Shown in pieces: positions 55,251 through 64,000 of a stretch of DNA of 64,000 nt. The DNA lies in NCBI GenBank assembly GCA_963823665.1, contig CAWGMQ010000008.1:1088001-1152000 (forward strand). Reading direction: 5' to 3'. The stretch is from an uncultured Planctomycetota bacterium. Lineage in GTDB: Bacteria; Planctomycetota; Planctomycetia; Isosphaerales; Isosphaeraceae. How positions within the stretch are numbered: the first letter of the stretch is position 1; each line of letters opens with the position of its first letter. The notes below the pieces were generated by a model, which saw only the letters and a program-made list of their open reading frames with translations, made no database searches and was not told where the DNA came from. The position numbers were made by a program, and so were the translations under genes.

Positions 55251-56219
55251 ATGCCGATGGCCAAGCTCCGGACGATTGCAGCCTGTTTCGTGGTTGTGGC
55301 CGCGTATTCGTACGGCGTGCGCTCCGCGTCGCCCCAAGACGAGGGCGCGAAAGCCGTATCAAAACCAACGGACGAAGCCACCGAGCGGACGAAAAGAGAC
55401 CCGCCTCCGCCATTCGCACTGCGAGATGACTATGTCGTCGAGCCGCCTGATCTGATTTTCGTGTCGCTCGAGGGAGGGCTTCCCGGAAGGCCCCTCGCCG
55501 GCGAACGCCTCGTGTGCCCCAATGGCAAGATCGCGCTGGCATGGTACGGCTACGTGGATGCCGCCGGGCTTACCGTCGTCGAGATCAAGGAGAAGATCAT
55601 CGCTCGACTCCAGAAGTTCCTACGGGACGAGCAACTCGGACTGGTCGAACTCGACGCGAGTGGCGAGCCCATCGTCGATGCCACAACCGGAAGGCCAAAA
55701 CGTATCGCTCCCAGAGACTCCAAAAAGGTCCGGGTTGAGATCACGCGATGCAACAGTAAGGTCTTCTACGTCCTGGGCGAAGTGCAGTCACCTGGGCGAT
55801 TCGCTCTGACCGGCTCAGAGAGGATACTCGACGCGATTGCCGACGCCGACGGGCCAACTCATGCCGCGAATCTCGATCGCGTCCTGCTTTATCGTGCGAA
55901 TTCTGAAGGCAAGCCCGAGTGCACCACGATCGACGTGAATCAGCTCAAACGTGGCAAGTTTCCGGCAACCAACCGTCCACTCAAGGCCGGCGACCGGTTG
56001 GTCGTCTCCCGCCGTTCGTCAGAAGCGGTGCCGATCCAGCGGGACAAATCTCGTGCTCGCCCCCAACCCGCTGTTGCCGCTGCGTCGCAAAACAAGGATG
56101 GCGAATACCAACGCGCGGGCACGGAAGACGCGTCGTTACAGCGCCTTGAGCAGCGAATGAAAGCGCTCGACCACAAACTCGACCTTGTCCTCGAGGCGAT
56201 TCGAAAGCGGGTTCGATAG
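55251..56219 (+). CDS. Stand-alone Poly_export/SLBB protein with signal peptide; sigma-less paralog of the three fusions
   Basis: MPMAKLRTIAACF aligns with the internal [29 protein letters not shown], same terminal coiled coil. Confidence 0.9.
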   Translation: MPMAKLRTIAACFVVVAAYSYGVRSASPQDEGAKAVSKPTDEATERTKRDPPPPFALRDDYVVEPPDLIFVSLEGGLPGRPLAGERLVCPNGKIALAWYGYVDAAGLTVVEIKEKIIARLQKFLRDEQLGLVELDASGEPIVDATTGRPKRIAPRDSKKVRVEITRCNSKVFYVLGEVQSPGRFALTGSERILDAIADADGPTHAANLDRVLLYRANSEGKPECTTIDVNQLKRGKFPATNRPLKAGDRLVVSRRSSEAVPIQRDKSRARPQPAVAAASQNKDGEYQRAGTEDASLQRLEQRMKALDHKLDLVLEAIRKRVR

Positions 56220-56298
56220 CAATTCGCGAACCCTCGTTGTTCGCTGGTCGCGCCGGCCACGTTTGCAAGTGTCGGAGCGTTGCGTTAATTGCGTTTAC

Positions 56299-56424
56299 GT
56301 GGAAGACTGCCGGATCTCCGGTTACGAAAGCCTGATCCCGACGATTGAGCTGCCGGACTCGAACGATCGCCACGTGCTAGCAGCGGCGATCGTCGGCGAA
56401 GCGCATCTGATCATCACGTTCAAC
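56299..56424 (+). pseudogene. Internal fragment of a PIN-domain protein
   Basis: GYESLI..IELPD.NDRHVLAAAI...A.LIITFN, lacking both ends. Confidence 0.75.
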
Positions 56425-56538
56425 CGCGCGGCGACCGCTGCCTCTTTCAGTTGCCTTCTCACGTCGTTACATTAGTTGCGCCGAAAGGGGTCGTGCCGGG
56501 CTGCGCGGGAGGTTCCTGTACGGGGAGAAGCGATCACC

Positions 56539-57411
56539 ATGCGCTGGGCAACAGTTGCAACCGAAGAGGGGCCAAGGGTTTGCGGTGTGATCGGAGGTGA
56601 GTATGTCGACGTGAACTCGGCCGATCCGGAAATGCCGACGACGCTGCGCGGGCTTTTGAAGCTGGGGCCGGGGTGGCAGCGGAAGGCCTGGGATGCGCTG
56701 AACCGCGGAGTTGTGCGGCATGAGCCGGCGCGTGTCCGCCACCTGGCTCCGGTGCCGGACCCGCAAAAGATCATTTGCATCGGGCTGAATTATCGCGATC
56801 ATGCTGCGGAGAGCGGAGTTGCGCCGCCGGATGAGCCGGTGATGTTCAGTAAATACTCCAGTGCCTTGATTGGCGACGGCGAGATGATTATCCTTCCATC
56901 TGTCAGCGAGCAGGTGGACTATGAGGCAGAGCTTGTCGTTGTGATCGGCCGAAGCGGACGGCACATCCCACGCGAGCGGGCTTTCGAGCATGTTGGCGGT
57001 TACGCGGTCGGGCACGATGTCTCGGCGCGCGACTGGCAGCTCAACAAGCCTGGCAAGCAGTGGATGGCCGGGAAGACCTTCGACACGTTCGCGCCTGTGG
57101 GGCCGGTGCTGGTAACACCGGACGAAGTTCCCGATCCCCACAAACTCGGCATCCGGCTGCGCCTCAACGGGCAGACGATGCAGGAGTCCAGTACCAGCCA
57201 GCTTATCTTTGGAGTGGACGAGCTGATCGCTTACGTGTCGCAGGTCTTCACACTTGAACCAGGCGACTTGATCTTCACAGGAACCCCGCCGGGAGTGGGC
57301 ATGGCGAGAAAACCCCCGGTGTGGCTCAAGCACGGAGACCGTGTCGAAGTCGAGATCGATCATCTGGGAACGTTGCGAAATTCGGTCGCCGCAGAAACTA
57401 TCACCAATTGA
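56539..57411 (+). CDS. Fumarylacetoacetate hydrolase family protein
   Basis: KIICIGLNY.DHA.E, DYEAEL, DVSARDWQ, GKTFDTF.P.GP, PGDLIFTGTP.GVG. Confidence 0.95.
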   Translation: MRWATVATEEGPRVCGVIGGEYVDVNSADPEMPTTLRGLLKLGPGWQRKAWDALNRGVVRHEPARVRHLAPVPDPQKIICIGLNYRDHAAESGVAPPDEPVMFSKYSSALIGDGEMIILPSVSEQVDYEAELVVVIGRSGRHIPRERAFEHVGGYAVGHDVSARDWQLNKPGKQWMAGKTFDTFAPVGPVLVTPDEVPDPHKLGIRLRLNGQTMQESSTSQLIFGVDELIAYVSQVFTLEPGDLIFTGTPPGVGMARKPPVWLKHGDRVEVEIDHLGTLRNSVAAETITN

Positions 57412-57502
57412 CCCGCCGAAATCGAGAATCGGCCTTCCTCAGAGAAGTCAGCTTAAGATAAAATTACGATGTCATCCCAGCCCGGACTGAAGGAGCGCCA
57501 CG

Positions 57503-58126
57503 ATGAGCATTGCGTCCGAGAAGCCGCAGCTTTCGGGATATGGACAGCCCACCTGGGATGTCGCCAGGCTCTTCCCCGCCCAGGGGTGCTGGACCGAGGA
57601 AGATTACCTCGAGCTCAAACCGAATCGCTGGGTGGAGTTCTCGCACGGGTTCGTTGAATTCCTGGCGACTCCGACGCTCTCACACCAGCTTGCGGCGCTC
57701 TATCTTTATCGCACCCTCGAGACGTTTGTCTCGACTCGTGAGCTGGGCACTGCACTCGCCGGGCCTTATCGGGTGCGCCTGTGGGAAGGCAAGTACCGTG
57801 AGCCCGACGTGCTGTTCGTGGCCGGCAAGCACGCATCACGCCTGACCGAGAATTACTGCAAAGGGGCCGACCTCGTGATGGAGGTCGTGAGCGACGGCGA
57901 GGAGAGCCACCGGCTCGACCGTGAGACGAAGCGCGATGAGTACGCCAAGGCCCGCATTCCGGAATACTGGATCGTTGACCCCGAGCAGGCCAGGATCACC
58001 GTGCTGATCCTCGACGGCCGGTCATATCGAGAGCTCGGCGAATACTCGCGCGGCGAGACAGCCCAATCCAGGTTGATTCCCGGGTTTTGCGTCGACGTGA
58101 CCTCGGCGATCAACGCCAAGCGGTGA
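57503..58126 (+). CDS. Uma2 family endonuclease-like protein
   Basis: WTEEDYL, REPDV, ADLVMEVVS, K..EYA.ARIPEYWIVDP. Confidence 0.92.
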   Translation: MSIASEKPQLSGYGQPTWDVARLFPAQGCWTEEDYLELKPNRWVEFSHGFVEFLATPTLSHQLAALYLYRTLETFVSTRELGTALAGPYRVRLWEGKYREPDVLFVAGKHASRLTENYCKGADLVMEVVSDGEESHRLDRETKRDEYAKARIPEYWIVDPEQARITVLILDGRSYRELGEYSRGETAQSRLIPGFCVDVTSAINAKR

Positions 58127-58143
58127 GCCGTGAGCGCGGGGTT

Positions 58144-58361
58144 CTCGGGGATGACGCCCCGAGCCATACGGTGCCGCCCCCTACGGGGGCTCTGATTCTG
58201 GCGCGGGCATCCCGACGTCTCGGGGTTCACACCCCGAGCTTTATGATGCCGCCCCCTGCGGGGGCTCTGATTTTGGCGCGGGCATTTCGACGTCTCGGGG
58301 TTCACACCCCGAGCTTTATGATGCCGCCCCCTACGGGGGCTTTGATCCTCGCGCGGGCATC
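58144..58361. repeat. Three tandem 75-bp double-hairpin REP-like units between convergent genes
   Basis: Units start at 58144, 58219 and 58294; each has CTCGGGG-N6-CCCCGAG and GCCCCC-N3-GGGGGC. Confidence 0.9.
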
Positions 58362-59331
58362 TCACCTGGGTGGATCAGCGGGCGGCTCTTGCTCGCGTCT
58401 GGCTCTGCCGACGGTCGCGGGCTTGGGGCGGGGGGTTCCGGGTGGGGCCATCGCCAGGCTCAAGCGGTTTGAGAGCTGGTGAGCCTGCGCGAAGTCTGGC
58501 GCGAGTCGCATTGCCTCCCGGGCCGCGGTGAGTGCATCTGCCGTTTTGTGGTGGGCCTCGAACGCGAGCGCCAGATGGTAATAAATATCCGCGCGGCCGG
58601 GCAGCGCGGATCGCGTGCTGAAGATCGGTGACTGCCGAATCGGTGTGCCCGAGCGCCAGTTGCGCGCGGCCCCGCAGGAACCGCGCCTCACCGTCGTCAG
58701 CAGCCATCTCCAGCACGCGGTCCAATCGTGAGAGCGCCTGCTCGGGCTGGTTGCGCGAGAGCTGAATGGCGGCGATGCAGCGGCTGGCCTGGGCATGGTT
58801 GGGCTCGCACTCGAGCGCCCTGAAGTATTCGGCCAGGGCCGGGTCGATCTGGCCCATGATCTGGAGCACGCTGCCGAGCGAGAAGTGCGCCTGAGTGCGA
58901 TGAGGGTCGATCTCGATCGCGGTCTCGAACCGTTTGCGGGCTGACTCTGCGTCGCCCTCGAGCGTCTCGACCTGGCCCAGCCCGATGACGGCATCCACAT
59001 AATCGGGATCGATCTTGAGGGCACGACTGAAGCAATCCTTCGCTTCAGCCAGACGGCCGTCGAGGAGGTAGACCGCACCGAGGCGCTGTTGAGCAACCGC
59101 CGAGGCCGGCGTGCGGGCGACTTGCTGCTCGAGCGCGGCCTCGGCCGCGGCGACGTCTCCATGATCGATCGCCGTCTGAGCGTGCTCGATCACCTGCTGC
59201 GCCTGCGCGGCCTCTTCCGGAGTCGGCGTGGGTCTGTCAGACCATCGGCGCAGCCCGACCCAGTTGCACCCGGCCTGAGCCGCGAGCAGCGAGAGCAAAA
59301 CCGCCCATTCGGCGAAAAAACCGCGCCGCAT
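58362..59331 (-). CDS. TPR-repeat lipoprotein (frameshift near 58610)
   Basis: Lipobox-like AQAGC after a hydrophobic stretch; multiple TPR repeats (AL..DP.Y.DA..GLG). The C-terminus lies in ORF 58362-59162. Confidence 0.85.
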
Positions 59332-59504
59332 GGTCAACTGGTCCCTTCCCTGGGACTTCGACGCTCGTACCAACCTCCGCCAACTCGACATGCAGCCGTA
59401 CTTTACGTCAAGTTGCCGAGGTGGTCAATGTGGGTTGGGATGGACTGCAGGGTAAGGCGAATCGAACTATCTAATGACGGATGAGAGACTTACGGCAATG
59501 AAGT

Positions 59505-59551
59505 GCCAAGGGCTGAAGCCCGTGGCTATTGACCTGGGCCCCGTTGGGGCC
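59505..59551. repeat. Single double-hairpin REP-like element
   Basis: GGGC-TGAA-GCCC followed by GGCCCC-GTT-GGGGCC; same layout as the 75-bp units. Confidence 0.6.
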
Positions 59552-59809
59552 CTCGTCGATGCCGGTCGCGACTGGGTTCAGACCAATGATTGTCCGACAC
59601 CGAGAAACCGCGGGCGGAGACCGTGAAAAGATCCACAAATGGACGGCTGGCCATTGAAGCCGCCCGAAGCGTCAAGGTGTAATCGCGGTTTCTGTCACAA
59701 TCCCTCGCCAAACAGCCATCTTCCTGGAAACGAGTTTTGGCCAGGTCGGCTCGAGAGGCTGGATTGAGCGACGAGCAGTCGATGGATCAGCAACGAACGG
59801 GGCGATGCC

Positions 59810-62800
59810 ATGAGCGAGCACCTCAGCGATCATCTGAGCGGACTTGACGTCGACGTCATCCGTCACATCGACGCCGCGTGCCGCCGTTTTGAGGGCGACT
59901 GGCGTGAGGGCCGGCAACCGAGCGTCGAGGACTATCTGGTTGAGGTACCCGAAGAAGGCCGGAAGGCGGCGCGCGGTGAGCTCGAGGCGCTGCGCGCGAG
60001 CTAGAGGAGAACAAAACTCTGCCTGGCGGGCCGGTTTCGTCGGTGCACGAGGACGAGACGGTGCCGCCCCGGGCGGCTCAGACGGTGGACCTCGGATCGT
60101 CGGCGCCGCCGTCGTCTGCTCGGACACAACCGGCGCGCATCCGCTACTTTGGCGATTACGAGATTATTCGCGAGCTGGCTCGCGGCGGTATGGGTGTCGT
60201 GTTCGAGGCGCGGCAGGTGAGCCTCAACCGTAAGGTCGCGCTCAAAATGATCCTCGCGGGACAGCTTGCGGAGGAGACCGACGTCAAGCGATTCCACACC
60301 GAGGCCGAAGCGGCGGCGAACCTCGACCATCCGGGCATCGTGCCGATCTTCGAAGTTGGGCAGCACGAGAGCCAGCATTACTTTTCCATGGGATTCGTCG
60401 AAGGGCAAAGCCTCGCCGGGCGCCTGGCCGGAGGGCCACTCCCGCCGCGGCAGGCCGCGGAGCTGATCCGGCGCGTGAGCGATGCCATCGAATATGCCCA
60501 CCAACACGGTGTGATCCATCGCGACCTCAAGCCGGCCAACATCCTGCTCGACGCGCAGGGCAACCCGAGAGTCACCGACTTTGGACTGGCAAAGAAGGTC
60601 CAGGGCGATAGCGGACTCACGGGATCGGGCCAGATCATGGGAACGCCGAGCTATATGCCGCCGGAGCAGGCCGGGGGCAAGCGAGGCGACGTGGGCCCGG
60701 CTGCGGACGTGTATGCGCTCGGGGCCACGCTTTACGCCTTGTTGATTGGCCGGCCGCCGTTTCAGGCGGCCACGGCGATGGACACGGTCATCCAGGTGTT
60801 GAGCGAAGAGGCGGTCCCGCCGCGGCGGCTGAATGCGGCGATTCCGCTCGATCTGGAAACGATCTGCCTGAAATGTCTGGAAAAGGAGCCTGCGCGGCGC
60901 TACGCGAGCGCGGCGGCGCTCGGCGCGGAGCTGGGCCGGTTTCTCTCAGGCGAGCCGATCCTGGCGCGGCCGGTCGGCGCGCCGAGCGGCTGTGGCGCTG
61001 GTGCCGGCGGAATCCGGTCGTTGCCGGACTGGGTGCCTCCGTGGCGGCGCTGCTTCTGTTTGTCGCCGCGGCCGGGGCGGTTGTGGCCGTCAGGCTTGCT
61101 CATCTCCGCGATATCGCGGAGATGAAAGCGAGCGATGCGCGCAAGGCGCAGGCCCAGGCCGAGCTTGCCCACCAGGGCGAAGCGGCCCGTCGGCTCGAGG
61201 CGGAGGCGGCCGGCTATGACGCCAGCACCAAGGCCCTGGCCGCAGATCAGGCACTCGTCCAATCGTATCTCAGCCAGGCCGAGAATCTGCGCAACCTCGC
61301 GCAACCCGGCCGGCGCGACAAGGCAATCGATCTCCTCAAGCGAGCCGCGGGCTTGAAGCACGACACGGACAGTCTCGCCGCCAAGCTCGGAGCCGACACC
61401 GCCGGACGGCGGACCGCCATGGTGCAGTTCTGGCGCGACGAGCGCCCTCGATTGCGGAGCGAGGCCACGCGCTGGATTGGCGAGTCGTCGTTGAAGCTTG
61501 TATTCGACGCGCGCTTCCCCGTCGTCATGCGGTCTCCGCGCGGTGGAAATTACACCGTCGTGCCGTCTCGCGCCTGCCTGGCGACGAGCGACGATGGAAA
61601 ATGGCTGGCGTTCTACCACGTCGGATTTGAAGGAACGGATCCGACGCCCGCCAAATTCGTGGAGATCATCAAGACGGATACCGGCGAAGTGCGCCGCACG
61701 CTGAAGGTCGGCGCGCACAACACGCTCAGCCGGATGAGCGCTCTGGCCTTTGATGCGAACGATGAAGACTTGCTGGTGGCCAGGATCGAGCCTGACTTCA
61801 ACAAGCACCGGCTGGTGTGCATCGTCGAGCGATGGTCGCGCGTCTCGGGCGAGTTCAAGGGAACCACGACCTTGCCGGTTTCGGATACCGGCCCACAAGA
61901 CCTGTCGCCCGGCCCGACGGGCGGCCGGCTGGTCTTCGGTCTCGACCGGCGAGCTTTGCTATCGATACCCAGCTTGCCCGACAAGCGGTCGACGGTGTGG
62001 AACGTGACCACCGCGAAGCCGATGCGCGACTTTGACAAAGACTTTACACCGGAGGCGTTTTTCCCGGGTGGCAATCGTGTCATCGGCACGATGGGATCGG
62101 AGATCAGCATACGCGATGTGGTGACCGGCAACGTGATCAAACACTGGCCTATGCCGGATGGACTGGTCTCGATTCTGGGAAATCTGCGAACCGCGCCGCG
62201 CATGGAGATTCCCTATGCCACCCAGCCTGACGCACAAAGCCTGTGGGTCAGCCCCGACGGCTCGATCGTGGCCGTGATCGGCCAGCGTCCCAGCTCAGAG
62301 AATCGCTTGAATCACACGCAATTGCCTCGAATGATCTACCTGTTCGACGCCGAGACGACGCAGGTGCGCGTGCGCATTCCGGTCCCCGACTTCCCGTCGA
62401 GCGGTTTGCAGACCGGCCCGGCTCCGGTGCTGGCCTTTGACAGCACGAGCCGCCTGCTGGCGGTGGCGACCGGCAAGAGCCTGTCGATGTTCTCGATCCC
62501 GGAGGGCACGCTGTTGATCTCGGAGGCGACGCCGCCGATGGGCATTCCGGCTGCCAGCCCCGCGGTGGCGACGCCGGACTGGGCGTCGACGATCCCGATC
62601 GGCCTACTTTTCGCCGCAGGCGCGAGCCGGCTGTTCGCGGGCGCGCATTTGCCCGATCTAACCGGCTCATCGCGCAGCCCTTCGGCCGCCGCTCAGCTTG
62701 TCGGGCAGGGGGTACAATCCTGGGACCTGACGCTGCCCAAAGTCAGAATCGAGGACTACTCTCATGATGGGGCAGTGCGGGCGGTGAAGCTCGACGCGCG

Positions 62801-64000
62801 AACGAGAGTCATGACCTCCGCCGGTGACGATCGGACCATCCGGGTCCGCGACCGAGGGGGTCGCCTCCGTTGGTCGGTTGGGTATCCAGGGCAGGGTAGC
62901 GCGTTCTCTGGATTCGCTGCGACGGATCAGGGGCAGAAACCCTGCGGCAGCGGCGCGTTCGATCCGACGGGCGGTGCGTTCTTCACGTTTCTTCCCGACC
63001 GCGTCGACATCTGGGATTCAGCCACGGCCGAGCGGCGAGCTTCCTTCTCTTCGATCCTTGCCGTGAGCGCCGATCGCCGGTACGTGGTGGTGCCATGGGC
63101 CGAGGGCCCCGCGCCGGCGCGAGCTCAGAGTCCATGATGTGTCGAAAAACGCCACGGCCCTGTCCATCCCCTTGGAGCAACAGCCCCTGATCGAGAGATT
63201 CAACGCGTCGGGATTTCAGGGAATGACGCAGGTCTTCCCGCGGGCGTCGTTCAGTCCCGACGCCCATTTCGTGATCGTCGGTGAGCGAGCGATTCCCGGG
63301 CGGCCAACTGAAAAGCCGGTCCTCCGGATTGGCGACCTGGCGGCGGGGCGTGTTGTTGCGACGCTGCCGGGAGGGGGATACGACTGGGCAGTCGGGCCGG
63401 CGAGCAAGGTGCTCGTGATGCCAGTTGTGGAAGGCGACCACGCGGTGTTTCGCGCATATGAGCTGGCCACCGGTCGACCGATCAGTGAATTCACGAGCCC
63501 GACTGCCGGTTTCTCGCCCGCTCCTCTCAATTACCGCGAGAGTCTTTCCTCCTGGATCAGTTCGGACGATCGCAAGATGGTGGTGAGGCTCGCGAAGGGG
63601 GCCTATCCGCGACAAGAAGTGAGCTTATGCCTCTGGACGTTTGCGGACAATCAGACCATCGCGATTCCCATCGACGGCGACTGGGAGGCGAGAGCGATGC
63701 CTACCGAACAGTGGATGTATCTCAATCAAGATGCGACGCGGCTGCTCATTTCGGGATCGAAGAAAACCGGTTCGAACAGTGCGCAGCCTGTTGTCGAGCT
63801 ATGGGATCTCACCGAGCGCCGGCGGTTGATGTCGACCGCCGACGCTGGGCCCAAGCTCACGATCGGCGTGCCCAGGCTGATTTACCATCGCGGGCAGAAC
63901 GCATTCACGACGTGCCACGACCCCGCGTCAAGCCCGGAGCGCATCGGAGCCATCCTGTGGGAGACCGCGACCGGCAAGGTCATCGGCCGCTACAAGGCCG
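59810..64000 (+). CDS. Hanks-type Ser/Thr kinase with large beta-propeller C-terminus (frameshifts near 60000, 60975 and 63115; runs off the window)
   Basis: IDAAC.RFE..W N-terminus, [30 protein letters not shown]+TM, WD40-like strands. Confidence 0.92.

Noticed and set aside
49471..56219. Ordinary capsule/EPS export locus
   Set aside because: No wzc, wzy, wzx or glycosyltransferase genes are adjacent, and three of the four genes have N-terminal sigma domains
56467..57363. Long antisense ORFs (also 10136-10990, 15723-16811, 39512-40585 and similar)
   Set aside because: These are shadow frames of well-supported genes in high-GC DNA, with no family motifs
58144..58361. Possible CRISPR array
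   Set aside because: The would-be spacers are near-identical, the units are 75-bp tandem copies, and no cas genes are present
57853..58482. Repeat-containing ORFs on both strands
   Set aside because: They are translations of the 75-bp DNA repeat and overlap real genes

Overview
GC-rich bacterial window whose gene content points to a Planctomycetota genome, probably Isosphaerales-like (inference from membrane-anchored ECF sigma factors, Ser/Thr kinase-WD40 proteins, DUF1800/DUF1501, a LEPRxLL-type export motif and Uma2 genes). About 40 genes are supported. Many otherwise intact genes carry single-base frameshifts, most likely long-read assembly errors, so several ORF-track entries are split or falsely fused. 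The main signal is seven ECF sigma factors. Three of them sit in tandem (49471-55205), each fused through a transmembrane helix to a Wza-type Poly_export/SLBB module. A fourth gene (55251-56219) encodes that module without the sigma domain and starts at the position homologous to an internal SD+ATG in the three fusions. Other ECFs here carry TolC-like helical repeats or an LptF/G-like plus FmdE-like extension, suggesting one-component sigma factors that use periplasmic parts of envelope export machines as sensors (hypothesis). Also present: a WXG100/type VII-like cluster at the left edge, a giant CxxCH/prenyltransferase-fold/HEAT/F5-8 protein, a DRG-type GTPase, a Spy/CpxP-like LTXXQ protein upstream of a CpxRA-like pair, a kinase plus divergent enolase operon, several REP-like repeat families and decayed toxin-antitoxin modules. 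No rRNA, tRNA, CRISPR array or intact transposase was recognised.
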